Of a DNA stretch of 64,000 nt, positions 9,637 to 21,517 are shown in pieces. Every line of letters starts with the position of its first letter. Position 1 is the first letter of the stretch. The stretch is from an uncultured Gammaproteobacteria bacterium (GTDB taxonomy: Bacteria > Patescibacteriota > Microgenomatia > UBA10105 > UBA927). Under the pieces are notes generated by a model. That model was not told the DNA's origin. It worked only from the letters and a program-made list of their open reading frames with translations, and did not search any database. Position numbers and translations under genes: made by a program. The stretch is taken from assembly GCA_964573695.1 (NCBI GenBank), contig CAZNKB010000001.1, forward strand, positions 64,565 through 128,564, written 5' to 3'.

Positions 9637-10274
9637 ATATAAAGTGTACCGGTTTCGGTATGTAAACGGAATGCCGCTAGCGTTTGGTATACCGTACCGG
9701 TAGGATATGTCCTCGATTCATTAAGCACAATGGACTCAACAGACAGTGTCACCGGAATATACTCCGCAAACGAACGAATACGCGTCTGTGACAGAGTACC
9801 TTTGAGTCTTGCGAGTGTCACATGCGGGAGAACGTGATGACCGTTTTTGAGAACCACCCCTCCACATTCCTTTTTGAGAAATGCCGCTACTTTGCGAGTA
9901 ATAAGAGAAACCAGCGCCCGAAACTCGGGAGTGCCCGCAAACCTTGCCCAGATCATTTTCGGGTCTGACGGAGTGGCGACTTCAAATCTTAGAAACGGCA
10001 ATTTCATGGAAGGAAACGTATCCAAAAGCTGCCGAAGGAATTCGATAAGCTTTGGTATATGCCGTTTTTCAACATTCCCAATAAACCGTACCGTGATATG
10101 GAAATTCGCCTGTCGCGTCCAGTACGTGGGAACCTTGCCGGTTACCTCTGCACGCATGACTTTCTTCTGATACGTGACGAATGCCTCCTGCCAGATAGGC
10201 CCCAGTGGAATAGCGAGAAACAGGCGTTTGGTTTGTGATTTGTGCACCCAAATTTTGTTCAAACTTGTATGCAT
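9633..10274 (-). CDS. thpR: RNA 2',3'-cyclic phosphodiesterase (2H phosphoesterase, ThpR/LigT family)
   Basis: 213 aa with two HxTx motifs (HITVRF and HVTLAR) at the expected spacing. Confidence 0.75.
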   Translation of the reverse strand: MHTSLNKIWVHKSQTKRLFLAIPLGPIWQEAFVTYQKKVMRAEVTGKVPTYWTRQANFHITVRFIGNVEKRHIPKLIEFLRQLLDTFPSMKLPFLRFEVATPSDPKMIWARFAGTPEFRALVSLITRKVAAFLKKECGGVVLKNGHHVLPHVTLARLKGTLSQTRIRSFAEYIPVTLSVESIVLNESRTYPTGTVYQTLAAFRLHTETGTLYI

Positions 10275-10283
10275 ATCCTCTGC

Positions 10284-10670
10284 TTACTCATCCTCAGGTG
10301 GGTAAAATATCAACCCCGTATAGTCCTTACAGCGATCATCATGTTCGCGCTTGAGGACACTCATATCTTTCTTTTTTTCCCGGAAAAACATCATATAGGT
10401 ATTTACGACCGGGCGGATCCAGGGGAGGATCTGACGTGGAGATTTTTGTTCTGCCTGCATAAGGCACATGTCCCAATCCGTCAAAACACCATATGATCTG
10501 GTACAGGCACTAGACCAGTCAGAGAGTACTGTCTGCGATTGGGCTGCTATGGTGTCTAAGGAATCCTCAAATTGTACGTTACACGAAACCTCACGCAATC
10601 GGAGCGCAAATGAGAAAAAGGAAAAAATGACGACGCCAATAAATACGATGAGTGTAATGGCAACTTTCAA
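10284..10670 (-). CDS. Hypothetical membrane-anchored protein
   Basis: 128 aa with an N-terminal TM helix and no recognisable motif. Confidence 0.4.
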   Translation of the reverse strand: MKVAITLIVFIGVVIFSFFSFALRLREVSCNVQFEDSLDTIAAQSQTVLSDWSSACTRSYGVLTDWDMCLMQAEQKSPRQILPWIRPVVNTYMMFFREKKKDMSVLKREHDDRCKDYTGLIFYPPEDE

Positions 10671-10681
10671 ATCTATTTCTA

Positions 10682-11284
10682 TTATTGGTCCTTAAAGGCC
10701 CACAACGCAAGAGCGACGTATGTACGATATGGCTTCCATTTACTCGTTAATCGCTTCATATATGCATCGGTTGGCTCTTTTTTGAGCTTATAAAGCGACT
10801 GGATCGCCTTTCGTAATCCCAAATCCCCAAATGAAAATACGTCTTCTCTTCCTAAAGAAAACATAAGGAACATTTCAGCCGTCCAGCGACCTATCCCTTT
10901 TACTCGGGTCAGCTGCTGTATCACTTCCTCGTCTGTTTGCGCTGTCAAACTACCAAATATAACACTCCCGTCCGCAACAGCCCTGGCAAGCGATTTAAGG
11001 TACGCGACCTTTGACCATGAGACGCCCATATCCCGAAGTTTCTGGTCAGGAACTGCCAGAAGTTTTTCTGGAGTCACGGACGAACGAGGGAAAAGCGAGC
11101 AAAACCGCGTAAAAATCGTCCTGCCCGCCTTCTCGGACAACTGTTGATTTATGATCGCTTCAGCCAAATCCTTAAACGGCGTGCGGGAAAGCACAATTGC
11201 TTCTTTTCTGACGTGGTGAAGAATAGGCTCCAGTCTTGGATCCCGGGAACGCAAATGCTTTTGGATACGTGTACGATCGTACAT
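10682..11284 (-). CDS. alkA: DNA-3-methyladenine glycosylase II, AlkA-like (HhH-GPD superfamily)
   Basis: 200 aa. LTRVKGIGRWTAEMFLMFSLGREDVFSFGDLGLRKA matches the HhH-GPD motif with the catalytic Asp. Confidence 0.75.
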   Translation of the reverse strand: MYDRTRIQKHLRSRDPRLEPILHHVRKEAIVLSRTPFKDLAEAIINQQLSEKAGRTIFTRFCSLFPRSSVTPEKLLAVPDQKLRDMGVSWSKVAYLKSLARAVADGSVIFGSLTAQTDEEVIQQLTRVKGIGRWTAEMFLMFSLGREDVFSFGDLGLRKAIQSLYKLKKEPTDAYMKRLTSKWKPYRTYVALALWAFKDQ

Positions 11285-11437
11285 ATACTAGTCAGACGGA
11301 TAATATTGCTCGAGTGCTGAATCGGCCGCTACGCATCCGAATCGTATGCACTCAACCAAAGCAGTAAATCCAGGAAAAATCGTGGGTACGCGATCGATAG
11401 TAACCAGTTCGACCGGCATAGGAGAAAGGGTTATGCT

Positions 11438-11911
11438 TTACCACTTAAAGTGGGCAAACGCCTTGTTTGCATCAGCCATACGATGCACGGTATCGCGTTT
11501 CTTGATCGCTTCACCCAAGCCTTTGGACGCGTCAAGAAGCTCGACTGCTAGCTTTTCTGCAAATGAATGGAATTCCCGATTCGATCGTTTTTTGGCGAAT
11601 TCGACGATCCAACGGATAGCAAGAGCGACCCGACGATCCCCCCGCACTTCCATAGGAACCTGATATGAGGCTCCTCCTACTCGGCGGGCTTTGACCTCTG
11701 TTTTGGGCCCTACCGTATTGATCGCTGTTTCAAATACTTTGATCGGATCCTCTCCTTTGTCTTTGATGATATCGAGAGCCTTGTACACAAGCGCTTCCGC
11801 CACCGTTTTTTTGCCGCTCAACATCACTCGGTTCACGAAGCGGGTCACCAACCTGTTTCCGTATATGGGATCCGCAGGAAGGAGTTTATGATATGTTTTA
11901 CTTGTTCTCAT
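11438..11911 (-). CDS. rpsG: 30S ribosomal protein S7
   Basis: 157 aa, collinear with S7 (KRRVGGASYQVPMEVRGDRR). Confidence 0.95.
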   Translation of the reverse strand: MRTSKTYHKLLPADPIYGNRLVTRFVNRVMLSGKKTVAEALVYKALDIIKDKGEDPIKVFETAINTVGPKTEVKARRVGGASYQVPMEVRGDRRVALAIRWIVEFAKKRSNREFHSFAEKLAVELLDASKGLGEAIKKRDTVHRMADANKAFAHFKW

Positions 11912-11923
11912 AGGTAAATACGT

Positions 11924-12361
11924 TTATGACGCCTTGGCAGGAACCGGTCCGTCATTTGTTTTTTTGGTTCCGTATCGGCTGCGACCCTGACGTCGTGTCA
12001 CAACGCCGGTCGTATCAAACTTACCACGCACGACATGATATTTGACTCCTGGTAAATCCGGTACACGACCTCCGCGGATAAGCACTATTGCGTGTTCCGT
12101 CAGCTCATGTCCGATACCCGGAATATAGGCCGTCACTTCCTGCTTATTAGACAGTCTTACTCTCGCTACTTTCCGAAGAGCTGAGTTTGGCTTTTTCGGC
12201 GTCATTGTTTTGACCAGGGTCACCACTCCCCGTTTAAACGGAGCCGGAAGTGATTTGGTGACACCGTCTTTCGCATTAAAAAACTTGCGAAGTGCTGTCG
12301 CCTTGACCTTCTTGGCTTGTCTGTGTCGTCCGTGTCTGACTAATTGATTTACTGTTGGCAT
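11924..12361 (-). CDS. rpsL: 30S ribosomal protein S12, with a roughly 10-aa C-terminal extension
   Basis: 145 aa with PTVNQLVR...[16 protein letters not shown]. The C-terminal tail is longer than in E. coli S12. Confidence 0.95.
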   Translation of the reverse strand: MPTVNQLVRHGRHRQAKKVKATALRKFFNAKDGVTKSLPAPFKRGVVTLVKTMTPKKPNSALRKVARVRLSNKQEVTAYIPGIGHELTEHAIVLIRGGRVPDLPGVKYHVVRGKFDTTGVVTRRQGRSRYGTKKTNDGPVPAKAS

Positions 12362-12366
12362 AAATA

Positions 12367-15300
12367 TTACTCCTGAATCATAGCGCGCTCAGCGGAAACC
12401 GGAATAAGTCGTCCGATTATAACGTTTTCCTTAAGTCCTAACAACTTATCTTCCTTTGTGGCAAGCGCAGCATCGGTCAAAACATTGGTCGTTTCCTGGA
12501 ATGACGCTGCGGACAACCAGCTTTCTGTATAAAGGGCAGCCCTGGTGATTCCCAAAACGACAATGTGTGCCGTCGCCGGTTCGCCACCTTCTGCAAGTAT
12601 GCGGGCATTTTCCTCACGGAATCTGTTTTTGTCGACCAGTTCGCCAGGAAGCAACATCGTGTCTCCAGACGTATCAATCCGGACCTTATCACTCATTTTG
12701 CGGACAATGGCCTCAAAATGCTTGTCGTGAATGGAAATACCCTGGGATTCATAGACTTTTTGCACCTCGCCGATAAGGTAGTACTGAGCGCCGATCAGTC
12801 CACGCACCTGTAATACTTCTTTGACGTCAAGATATCCACTCCCAAGCTGATCTCCTGCGGCGACCAGATCACCGGTCTTTACGTTGATTTCACTGGTCAA
12901 CGGAACGAGGTATTCCCGTTCTTCCGGCGGCTTCATGGTCGTATTGGTTATTTTGACCTTGTATCCTTGCGGTGTCTCCGTTACCTCTGCCTTCCCTGCT
13001 ATCTCTGCTACAGGAGAAAGATTTCTCGGCGTTCGGGCCTCGAACAATTCTTCCACACGAGGCAACCCCTGGGTAACGTCCAATCCCACGATACCTCCTG
13101 CGTGACGGACCCGCATGGTAAGTTGTGTTCCCGGCTCTCCGATAGATTGAGCAGCCATGACGCCAACGGGTGTACCAAGCTCGACCAATTTGGTCGTCGC
13201 ATAATCTCGTCCGTAACATGTTGCACAGATACCGATTTTTGCCGCACATGCAATAGGAGACCGGACCAATACGGATTCCACATTAGCTTCGTCTATTTGG
13301 CGCCCCGTTTCTTCCGTAATCTCCTCACCCTTCTTGACGATGATTTTCTTGCTTCCCGGAACCAGAATATCTTCCGCGCTGAACCGTCCGGCAAGGCGAT
13401 TAGCAAACGGTATCTGACGTCCGTCTTTTCTTGAAAGGAGCCAGCCTTCGTCCGTTCCACAGTCCTGCAAACGGATAATCACATCATGGGCCACATCGAC
13501 CAATCGACGCGTCAGATATCCTGCGTCTGCAGTCTTTAACGCCGAATCGGTAAGGCCTTTCCGTGATCCGCGGGTACTGGTCACGTATTCGAAAATAGAA
13601 AGTCCTTCGCGGTAATTGCTCTTTGTCGGTAGTTCCACGATTTTACCTAGCGGATCGACGACCAACCCTTTAATGGCACACAGCTGTTTAAGCTGATCTT
13701 TACTTGCGCGGGCTCCTCCCGAATCGATAATCATTTTGACCGGATTATCCGCCGTCAATCGTTCCCAGGTAAGGTCTGCGATACGCTCCGTCACCTCTAT
13801 CCAGACTTCGTTGGATAGGCGTTTCTTTTCTTCCACGGTGATAAGACCCATTTGGAAATTCTGGTCGATTTCTTTGGCTTTCGTATCTGCATCGGCGATG
13901 ATATCTTTCTTTTCCGCTATGGATTTGTTGTCAAATACCGAAACGGATAATCCGCCGCACAGTGTCGCCCCGTAAAATCCGATATCTTTAATCGCATCGA
14001 TAAGGTGGGTTACTTCCTCTTTAGAATACATACCGAACGCCTTGGTAATAAGCTGCTTAATCGTCGCTGCCTTTACCGGTGTGTTGATATATCGAAGCCC
14101 TTCCGGCAACACCTCGTTGAACATGAGCTTACCGACTGTCGTGACCGTCATGACCCCGTTTACTATAATTTTGATCGGGGTCCGGAGCGCCACCTTACCC
14201 GTCTGGTGGGCATAAATTGCTTCTGAAATATCTGAGAATATATGGAGCGTTTTTTCATCTGCTCCTTCTTTCGACGGGTCGACAGTCGTGAGATAGTAAC
14301 ACCCGATAACCATTTCCTTATTCGGCACGGTAATCGGTGATCCGTCAGCGGGCTTCAACAAATTATGCGTCGGCAACATGAGATCAATCGCTTCCTGCTG
14401 AGCAGCTCCTGAAAGCGGGATATGCACGGCCATTTGATCTCCGTCAAAGTCGGCGTTATAACCGGCACACACACACGGATGAATCCGGATAGCAGCTCCC
14501 TCGATAAGCACCGGGTAAAACGCCTGGAACCCGAGTTTATGAAGTGTCGGGGCCCGATTTAACATAACCGGATGATTTTTGGTGATTTCTTCCAAAATGT
14601 CATATACCTCAGGAGTTCTACGCTCCAGGACATTCTTGGCATTTTTGACGTTGGGAGCAATACCCCGCACGATCAGCTCACGAAGGACAAATGGCTTGAA
14701 CATCTCAAGCGCCATTTCTTTCGGAAGTCCGCATTGATTGAGTTTAAGTTCGGGACCAACGACGATAACGGATCGTCCTGAATAGTCTACACGCTTACCC
14801 AATAAGTTCTGACGGAACCGTCCCTGCTTACCCCGAAGCATATCGGAGAGTGAACGGAGCGGCTGTATCACCGTGCGACTGGAAGGCCGCTGTGTTGCAT
14901 CGATCAAGCTGTCTACCGCTTCCTGCAGCATGCGTTTTTCGTTGCGCAGAATAATTTCCGGCGCCCCCAAATCCATAAGATGCTTCAAGCGGTTGTTGCG
15001 GTTGATGACGCGGCGGTATAAATCGTTTAAGTCGCTGGTTGCAAACCGACCGCCGGTGAGTTGTACCATAGGGCGCAGATCCGGAGGAATAACAGGCAAC
15101 GTGTGCATGACCATCCAGGCCGGATTGATCATGGATTTACGCATACCGTCGACGACACGCAGCCGTTTCGTTGCTTTGACATGGCGCTGTCCGCTGGAAT
15201 TCTGGATCTCTTCTCGGAGTTCGGCCGCAAGCTTATCGAGATCGATCTTTTTAACCACTTCGAGCATCGCTTCTGCTCCCATACCGACCTTCAAAAACGA

Positions 15301-16089
15301 CGCGGCGTCATAGTCCAAAAGCCGCAAATACTCGTCTTCTGTAATCGTCACTCTGGGTTTGATACTTTTGACGATTGCCGTGATGTTTTCGATAACTTGT
15401 TTGATTTTTTCGGATTCTTTCTCGACTTGATCATCAAGCGTTGCCAATTCCTGTCGCTCACGAAGCGTAAGCTCAGAAATCGCCAGATCCTGGGCTTCTT
15501 TGCCCTGGACGGATGAGGTTACGTCGGATTTCTCCTTTGCCACTTCTTTTTTGCGTTTTTCGCGCTCAATATTTACCCTGGCAGCCAAATCAGCAATCCG
15601 CTTTTCACCCTGCTCGGCAAGTCCGGTAAGCACTTTTTTCTTCTCGTCGTCATCGACTGCTACCACCAGATATTGTGCAAAATAAATTACCCCTTCAAGT
15701 GCTCTGGGAGAAATATCCAAAAGCAACGATAATTTGCTCGGAGCGCCTTTGAAAAACCATACGTGCGCCACCGGGGCCGCCAACGTAATATGTCCCATAC
15801 GCTCTCGTCGGACTTTGCTTTGGGTAACCTCGACACCGCACTTGTCGCAGACAATACCGCGGTACCGGATCCTTTTGTATTTGCCGCAGTAACATTCCCA
15901 ATCCTTGGTCGGTCCGAAAATACGCTCGTCGAAAAGCCCGTCTTTTTCGGGTTTGAGTGTACGATAGTTGATCGTTTCGGGTTTGATGACCTCACCGTAT
16001 GACCAGGCTTTGACCTCATCAGGGCTCGCGAGTTTGATAAGTAACCCGGTAAAATCGACTATATTTGCAAAATTTCCTTTTTTGTCCAT
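12367..16089 (-). CDS. rpoC: DNA-directed RNA polymerase subunit beta-prime
   Basis: The ORF-track start at 16164 overlaps rpoB by 74 nt. The internal Met ([13 protein letters not shown]...[17 protein letters not shown]) at 16089 aligns with known RpoC N-termini and sits one nt after the rpoB TAA, with an AGGAGAA RBS. The NADFDGD catalytic motif is present. Confidence 0.95.
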   Translation of the reverse strand: MDKKGNFANIVDFTGLLIKLASPDEVKAWSYGEVIKPETINYRTLKPEKDGLFDERIFGPTKDWECYCGKYKRIRYRGIVCDKCGVEVTQSKVRRERMGHITLAAPVAHVWFFKGAPSKLSLLLDISPRALEGVIYFAQYLVVAVDDDEKKKVLTGLAEQGEKRIADLAARVNIEREKRKKEVAKEKSDVTSSVQGKEAQDLAISELTLRERQELATLDDQVEKESEKIKQVIENITAIVKSIKPRVTITEDEYLRLLDYDAASFLKVGMGAEAMLEVVKKIDLDKLAAELREEIQNSSGQRHVKATKRLRVVDGMRKSMINPAWMVMHTLPVIPPDLRPMVQLTGGRFATSDLNDLYRRVINRNNRLKHLMDLGAPEIILRNEKRMLQEAVDSLIDATQRPSSRTVIQPLRSLSDMLRGKQGRFRQNLLGKRVDYSGRSVIVVGPELKLNQCGLPKEMALEMFKPFVLRELIVRGIAPNVKNAKNVLERRTPEVYDILEEITKNHPVMLNRAPTLHKLGFQAFYPVLIEGAAIRIHPCVCAGYNADFDGDQMAVHIPLSGAAQQEAIDLMLPTHNLLKPADGSPITVPNKEMVIGCYYLTTVDPSKEGADEKTLHIFSDISEAIYAHQTGKVALRTPIKIIVNGVMTVTTVGKLMFNEVLPEGLRYINTPVKAATIKQLITKAFGMYSKEEVTHLIDAIKDIGFYGATLCGGLSVSVFDNKSIAEKKDIIADADTKAKEIDQNFQMGLITVEEKKRLSNEVWIEVTERIADLTWERLTADNPVKMIIDSGGARASKDQLKQLCAIKGLVVDPLGKIVELPTKSNYREGLSIFEYVTSTRGSRKGLTDSALKTADAGYLTRRLVDVAHDVIIRLQDCGTDEGWLLSRKDGRQIPFANRLAGRFSAEDILVPGSKKIIVKKGEEITEETGRQIDEANVESVLVRSPIACAAKIGICATCYGRDYATTKLVELGTPVGVMAAQSIGEPGTQLTMRVRHAGGIVGLDVTQGLPRVEELFEARTPRNLSPVAEIAGKAEVTETPQGYKVKITNTTMKPPEEREYLVPLTSEINVKTGDLVAAGDQLGSGYLDVKEVLQVRGLIGAQYYLIGEVQKVYESQGISIHDKHFEAIVRKMSDKVRIDTSGDTMLLPGELVDKNRFREENARILAEGGEPATAHIVVLGITRAALYTESWLSAASFQETTNVLTDAALATKEDKLLGLKENVIIGRLIPVSAERAMIQE

Positions 16090-16090
16090 G

Positions 16091-19000
16091 TTATTCTCCT
16101 TCTGTAGACGGCGTTCTTTCGGCTGATTTAGCTTCGTCTCCTTCTGATACGGTCTCCTGACCACTCACTTCTGCCAGTTCCTTGGCGGTTTTTTCGACAA
16201 CTTCATCTTTGACTGTGTCAGAAATAACAGGCGGCTTGGCAGTAACGACCCCGGTCGGGATAACATTCAAGCCTAATGCCTGCAGTTCCTTCACCAGAAC
16301 TTTAAACGATTCCGGTACGGTCGACGCCGGGATATCGGTTCCCTTGACTATTGCCTCGAACGCCTTGGCACGCCCTACCACATCGTCGGATTTAATCGTC
16401 AGCATCTCCTGCAAGATATGAGCAGCCCTATGGGATTCCAGCGCCCAAACTTCCATTTCTCCCAACCGCTGCCCTCCCATTTGTGCCTTACCCCCTAGCG
16501 GCTGCTGGGTGACGAGCGAGTACGGACCGGTACTCCGAGCGTGGGTCTTGTCTTCTACCATATGGATCAGCTTGAGGATGTATCCGATACCGACCACAAT
16601 CGGTTCTGCATACGGTTCGCCGGTTTTTCCGTCATAGACGGTGCTTTTGCCGGAAAGCGGAAGCCCTACCTTTTCCATTTGTCCGGTCATACGCTCTTCT
16701 GAAACGTGTTCAAATACAGGAAGCGCAACTTTGACGTTTACTTTGGATTCAGCGAGCCCCAGGTGAGCTTCGAGCAGTTGGCCCAAGTTCATACGGGACA
16801 ATACAGAAAGCGGCGAGATGATAATGTCGATGACGGTTCCGTCAGAGAGATACGGCATATCTGCTTCTTTGACAATCTTACTGATGACACCTTTGTTCCC
16901 GTGGCGTCCGGCAAGCTTGTCTCCGACGACTACTTTACGCATCTGGGCAACTTTTACGATGATTTTTCGGTTTGTACCCGGTTCCAACTCATCGCCTTTT
17001 TCCTTGTCCAAAATGACCACGTCAATAACCGTTCCGCGCTCCCCGTGTGGCAACCGCAGCGACGTATCGCGAACTTCACGGGCCTTCTCACCGAAAATAG
17101 CCCGGAGCAGGCGCTCTTCTGCAGTGAGCTCCGTTTCACCCTTCGGTGCGATTTTTCCGACTAAAATATCGTTAGGACCGACATCAGCGCCTACAACGAC
17201 GACACCGCTTTCATCAAGATTACGGAGTGCTTCTTCACCGACGTTCGGGATATCGCGGGTCGTTTCTTCCGGACCCAGCTTCGTATCCACGACACTGCAT
17301 TCGTGTTCTTCGATATGCACACTGGTAAGCAAATCCTCTCGCACCAAACGGGAAGAGATCACGATAGCGTCTTCGTAACCCAATCCCTCATAACTCATGT
17401 ATGCGATCGTGAGGTTGGATCCCAATGCCAATTCTCCGTTTTCTGAGGCCGGCGCCTCGATTAACACATCGCCTTTTTGCACCTTGTCGCCCATACCGAC
17501 CAGCACTTTTTGGTTGTAGCAGGTAGACTGAGATGTCCGCTTGAACTTCTGCGGTTCGTACGACGTGATATCGCCGTTTTTGTACTTCATTTTGACGAGT
17601 CCTGCATCTGCATAAATGACTTCACCGTCATCGACGGCTTTTATGAGTCTGCCCATGGATTCAACGACGGCGCCTTCCATACCCGTTCCGACAATCGGAG
17701 ACTGCGGGATAAGTAGCGGCACGGCCTGACACTGCATGTGGGTACCCATAAGTGCGCGGTTCGCCTCGTCATGTGCCAGGAACGGAATGAGTGAGGCAGG
17801 AGCCCCTACAACCTGCCGCGGCACTATATCGATGTATTCGATATTGGCGACATCGGTTTCCATATAATCACCCTTATACCGGACCGGAACACGCTCGGCG
17901 ATCACGAATCCGTCTTTGTCTTTGGGTAATTCTGCATGCGTAATATAATGATGCATCTCGTCGTTGGCATCGAGATAGACGATTTCTCCGGTAGCTCGGA
18001 TTTTGGTCTTATCTCCGTGTGTCACTTTCTCTACTTTTCGATACGGACTTTCCAAAAATCCGTATTCATTGACGCGGGCGTACAGTGCCATATAGGTCAC
18101 TAAACCGATATTCGGTCCCTCTGGGCTACGCACGGGATCAACACGGCCGTATTGGGATGCATTAATGTCACGGATAGAGAAACTTGCACGTTCCCGGGAA
18201 ATACCACCGACTCCCATAACGGTAAGCCTGCGAAGGTTATCGATTTCTGCAAGCGGATTGGTTTGATCCAATATAGTAGAAAGCTGACTTGTACGGAAAA
18301 AATCATTGATAGACGCGATAATCGGACGGGCATTGACCAAATGCGTCGGCGTAAGATCCTCTGCGTTGGGACCAGCCAAACTCATCTTTTCTCGGATAGA
18401 ACGCTCAAGCCGGAGTACTCCAACACGGAATGCGTTGGTCGCGACGAGCTCACCAACTCGGCGTACCCGGCGGTTACCAAGGTGGTCGATATCATCCACA
18501 TCCCCTTTGCCGTTGGCAAGCGTAATCAGGTATTTGATTCCTCCGATAATATCGTCTTTTGTCAGCACCCAGTTCTCTTTGGAATTTGCGACACTAAGCC
18601 CTAATTTCTTGTTCATCTTGTATCGCCCGACGCGCTCAAGAGAATACCGACGATAATCAAAAAACATAGTACGCAGCAATTCCTGTGCGTTATCCAAAAC
18701 GATCGGCTCGCCTGGGCGTAGCTTACGGTAGAGTTCCAACACGGCCTCATTGGAATCCGTGGTCGTATCTTTGGCTAGCGTCGCCTTTATGAACGTGTGT
18801 TCCGGATTGGTATCGACATCTTTAAATAACCGCTCAATTTCTTCGTTGGAACCGAATCCGACGGCCCGAAGAAATGTGGAAGCGACGAATTTGCGCCTGC
18901 GGTCTATACGTACCATAAGCACGTCGTTGCGGGTTACAAAAAATTCGAGCCAGCTACCGTGCATCGGTCTGATTTCGGCACTATAAAGCGTGCGGCCTGT

Positions 19001-19450
19001 CGAAGGATCCACCTCTCCGGTAAGATATATACCCGGCGAACGAACAAGCTGATTGACGACGCAGCGTTCGATTCCATTGATGACAAACGTACCCCGTTCG
19101 GTCATCGCAGGGATATCTCCCAAAAATACTTCCTGTGTGAGTTGGTGTCCTGTTTGTTTGTTGGTAAGTGTGGCTTTTACTTTGAGGGGCATGTCGAACG
19201 TGAGGCCTTTTTGCTGAGCAACTTCCGGGGTGAGTCGGGGTCGTCCGAAATAATAATCGCCAAAAGCAAGTTCCCAGTTTTTTCCGGTGAAATCCGTCAT
19301 CGGCGTGACTTCGGAAAGTAGTTCTTTGATACCGTGCTCGAGGAACCATTGATATGATTCACGCTGCACGAGAGTAAGATCGATTTTCGGAAGATCCGGA
19401 TACTGGGTTCCCCAAAAATCCCTCTTATAGTTGGAAGCTTTTGATGCCAT
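16091..19450 (-). CDS. rpoB: DNA-directed RNA polymerase subunit beta
   Basis: 1119 aa, collinear with RpoB including the rifampicin-region motifs. Confidence 0.97.
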   Translation of the reverse strand: MASKASNYKRDFWGTQYPDLPKIDLTLVQRESYQWFLEHGIKELLSEVTPMTDFTGKNWELAFGDYYFGRPRLTPEVAQQKGLTFDMPLKVKATLTNKQTGHQLTQEVFLGDIPAMTERGTFVINGIERCVVNQLVRSPGIYLTGEVDPSTGRTLYSAEIRPMHGSWLEFFVTRNDVLMVRIDRRRKFVASTFLRAVGFGSNEEIERLFKDVDTNPEHTFIKATLAKDTTTDSNEAVLELYRKLRPGEPIVLDNAQELLRTMFFDYRRYSLERVGRYKMNKKLGLSVANSKENWVLTKDDIIGGIKYLITLANGKGDVDDIDHLGNRRVRRVGELVATNAFRVGVLRLERSIREKMSLAGPNAEDLTPTHLVNARPIIASINDFFRTSQLSTILDQTNPLAEIDNLRRLTVMGVGGISRERASFSIRDINASQYGRVDPVRSPEGPNIGLVTYMALYARVNEYGFLESPYRKVEKVTHGDKTKIRATGEIVYLDANDEMHHYITHAELPKDKDGFVIAERVPVRYKGDYMETDVANIEYIDIVPRQVVGAPASLIPFLAHDEANRALMGTHMQCQAVPLLIPQSPIVGTGMEGAVVESMGRLIKAVDDGEVIYADAGLVKMKYKNGDITSYEPQKFKRTSQSTCYNQKVLVGMGDKVQKGDVLIEAPASENGELALGSNLTIAYMSYEGLGYEDAIVISSRLVREDLLTSVHIEEHECSVVDTKLGPEETTRDIPNVGEEALRNLDESGVVVVGADVGPNDILVGKIAPKGETELTAEERLLRAIFGEKAREVRDTSLRLPHGERGTVIDVVILDKEKGDELEPGTNRKIIVKVAQMRKVVVGDKLAGRHGNKGVISKIVKEADMPYLSDGTVIDIIISPLSVLSRMNLGQLLEAHLGLAESKVNVKVALPVFEHVSEERMTGQMEKVGLPLSGKSTVYDGKTGEPYAEPIVVGIGYILKLIHMVEDKTHARSTGPYSLVTQQPLGGKAQMGGQRLGEMEVWALESHRAAHILQEMLTIKSDDVVGRAKAFEAIVKGTDIPASTVPESFKVLVKELQALGLNVIPTGVVTAKPPVISDTVKDEVVEKTAKELAEVSGQETVSEGDEAKSAERTPSTEGE

Positions 19451-19553
19451 CTATAATTCCTTATAAAATACCGCCGGTTTGTATGTTGTAAAGAACGACA
19501 AAAAGAAGCGAACAATGAACGTTCGCCTCCTTAAGGCTATTCAAGTAACCATA

Positions 19554-19581
19554 ATTATAACCAGGATTAGAAGTTTGTCAA
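19554..19581 (-). promoter_or_regulatory. Strong sigma70-type promoter for rpoBC on the minus strand
   Basis: On the minus strand, TTGACA (complement of 19576-19581), a 16-nt spacer and TATAAT (complement of 19554-19559). This sits about 100 nt upstream of the rpoB ATG. The leader contains a GCGAAC-N11-GUUCGC hairpin at 19508-19530. Confidence 0.45.
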
Positions 19582-19600
19582 GCGGGAGTAACGCATGTGG

Positions 19601-19629
19601 TTGACAGGAGACTCCGTAGTATTGATACT
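19601..19629 (+). promoter_or_regulatory. Divergent promoter for the DUF1761 gene
   Basis: TTGACA at 19601-19606, a 17-nt spacer and GATACT at 19624-19629. An AAGGAGG RBS sits at 19642-19648. Confidence 0.35.
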
Positions 19630-19656
19630 TAATATATAGTAAAGGAGGAATATAGT

Positions 19657-20073
19657 ATGTTTTTTACCCCGGTGAATTATCTCGCTATCATAGCCGCTGC
19701 CGCTGCCAGCATGGTCGTAGGATTCGTCTGGTACTCGCCTCTTCTTTTTGCAAAACCCTGGATGAAATTTTCCGACCTGGATGAGAAGAAACTGAAGGCC
19801 GCGCAAAAACACATGACAAAAACATACAGCATCTCTTTCGTGGCGGCACTCATCACGGCGTATGTTTTGGCTACCCTACTCAATACGATGCTGGTTGCCT
19901 CCCTTCTAGAGGGATTTATACTGGCGGTCCTCGTGTGGCTTGGATTTGTCGCAACGACTATGGTAACGGGCGTCCTCTTCCAGAAAATGCCGTGGGGATT
20001 ATTTTTTATCAACAGCGGGTATCAGCTCGCATCCATAGCAGTCATGAGTATCATCCTCACGCTGTGGGTATAA
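19657..20073 (+). CDS. DUF1761-family membrane protein
   Basis: 138 aa. The N-terminus MFFTPVNYLAIIAAAAASMVVGFVWYSPLLFAKPW resembles the DUF1761 signature. Confidence 0.55.
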   Translation: MFFTPVNYLAIIAAAAASMVVGFVWYSPLLFAKPWMKFSDLDEKKLKAAQKHMTKTYSISFVAALITAYVLATLLNTMLVASLLEGFILAVLVWLGFVATTMVTGVLFQKMPWGLFFINSGYQLASIAVMSIILTLWV

Positions 20074-20079
20074 AGCTCC

Positions 20080-20595
20080 TTACGGATTCAGAAGCCAAAT
20101 ATTATAATTGAGTACCGTAGCAAACGATACCCATGCCAAATACGGAAGCATGAGATACGAGCTTACCCGGTCGAGATCATGAAATCGTAAGGTAAGGAAA
20201 ATAACCAGCACCCAGATAATGGAGATATCCACAAATCCCAACGGGATATTACGCCCGCCGAAAAAAATAATAGACCACAATGTGTTGAACACCAAATGAA
20301 TAAGGAAAAGAAATACGGCGTTTCGCACCGGCTTATTTTTCATCCCTAACCTGCTGACCCGATATGCCGCTATACCCATGAGCGCGTAGAGCACAATCCA
20401 TACCGGGCTAAAAATCCAGCTAGGAGGATTAAACGAAGGCTTCGTGATCGCGGTATACCATGTGGGGATAGAAGAAACGGTAAATAGCGCCCCGATAATG
20501 CCCGCAGATTCGCAAAACGCAATCCAACTAATCAAATCCACCCAACGAACGGGCATACGTTTCGACGAATTCAGGCGCGGGCTGCGGCGTTTCAT
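20080..20595 (-). CDS. tspO: TspO/MBR tryptophan-rich sensory protein
   Basis: 171 aa with five TM helices and the WYxxLxKPSFNPPxW...VW..LYxLMGIA signature. Confidence 0.8.
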   Translation of the reverse strand: MKRRSPRLNSSKRMPVRWVDLISWIAFCESAGIIGALFTVSSIPTWYTAITKPSFNPPSWIFSPVWIVLYALMGIAAYRVSRLGMKNKPVRNAVFLFLIHLVFNTLWSIIFFGGRNIPLGFVDISIIWVLVIFLTLRFHDLDRVSSYLMLPYLAWVSFATVLNYNIWLLNP

Positions 20596-20736
20596 CTTAT
20601 TACTGTATCACAACATAAGTTGCCCTTCTATTGACTCATGTTTCGCGGCTTACTTTAAACGAATTTTCGAGGCGTGATTATACAATTTATTGCTACTACC
20701 TGGGATACACATACTCCATATAGCATACCAAATTAT

Positions 20737-21033
20737 TTATACGCCAAGGCGCGTTCTGGGTCTTTTTTTGGAGCGAATAGGTAACGTCATCATAAGATCA
20801 ACCAGCTCGTTGGATGAAGCATTTGCGTACACCGGATTTCCCTGCGGGTCGACGTCAATGACGACACGTACATCTTCTTCTGCAACTAACCCTCGCGCGA
20901 TACGGTCAGCTAGTTTACGCTCTTCAGTTAATGGGTGACTTCGAAGCGCGCTTCTGCGTCTAAATCTTTTTGATCGCTCTTGCCTTCCCGCCATAATGGC
21001 GTGAGTATAGTCAAACGGCAAGTAAGAACGCAA
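20737..21033 (-). CDS. Hypothetical small basic protein
   Basis: 98-aa ORF co-oriented with its neighbours. No motif recognised. Confidence 0.3.
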   Translation of the reverse strand: MRSYLPFDYTHAIMAGRQERSKRFRRRSALRSHPLTEERKLADRIARGLVAEEDVRVVIDVDPQGNPVYANASSNELVDLMMTLPIRSKKRPRTRLGV

Positions 21034-21051
21034 GAAGCAATAGCATAAGGG

Positions 21052-21450
21052 TTACTCTGAGGTAACTCCTTCAAAATGCTCATCGTCGGCGACGGCTTCA
21101 TCCCGGGTTCTGTGTACGATACCGTCCGCATGATGAGCCGGACTATAGAGCGTATAGAGCTTGAGCTCTTCGGTTTGAGACGTGTTGATCACATTGTGTT
21201 TTGCTCCCGCCGGAATGACCACGGCAGTCCCGTCGAGTACGTCATGACGCACGCCGTCAATGATCACTATTCCTCTACCTTTTTCAAATCGGAAAAACTG
21301 ATCATTGTCTTCATGGATCTCTTCTCCGATTTCTTCACCGGGTTTTAGGCTCATCAGCACCAACTGACTGTGTTTACCCGTATATAGCACCGTGCGGAAG
21401 TTGATATTTGCAAGCGCCAGTTGCTCTATCTTGCCGACATATCCTTTCAT
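21052..21450 (-). CDS. Cupin-domain protein
   Basis: 132 aa with a G(x)5HxH...E...G...H-like two-motif cupin pattern (GEEIGEEIHED...PAGAKHNV). Confidence 0.6.
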   Translation of the reverse strand: MKGYVGKIEQLALANINFRTVLYTGKHSQLVLMSLKPGEEIGEEIHEDNDQFFRFEKGRGIVIIDGVRHDVLDGTAVVIPAGAKHNVINTSQTEELKLYTLYSPAHHADGIVHRTRDEAVADDEHFEGVTSE

Positions 21451-21517
21451 ATATATATTATATGCACACCTGAAGCAGATATTTTGTTAACAAACTCACA
21501 CATGCTACGATAGAAGA

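Noticed and set aside
16090-16164. Track start of rpoC at 16164, overlapping rpoB by 74 nt
   Set aside because: The internal Met at 16089 aligns with RpoC N-termini and directly follows the rpoB stop with an SD. The upstream 25 codons are read-through of the rpoB 3' end in another frame.
12367-19450. Numerous 60-190-aa ORFs on the plus strand inside rpoC and rpoB (for example 15061..15516 and 16818..17378)
   Set aside because: They are antisense shadows of two long genes with near-perfect matches. They are low-complexity Ser/Arg/Thr-rich translations typical of the opposite strand of coding sequence.
20690-20938. 82-aa plus-strand ORF overlapping the 20737..21033 minus-strand ORF
   Set aside because: Mutually exclusive with the co-oriented minus-strand ORF. 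Neither has motifs. The minus-strand ORF is kept at low confidence only because it matches the orientation of its neighbours.
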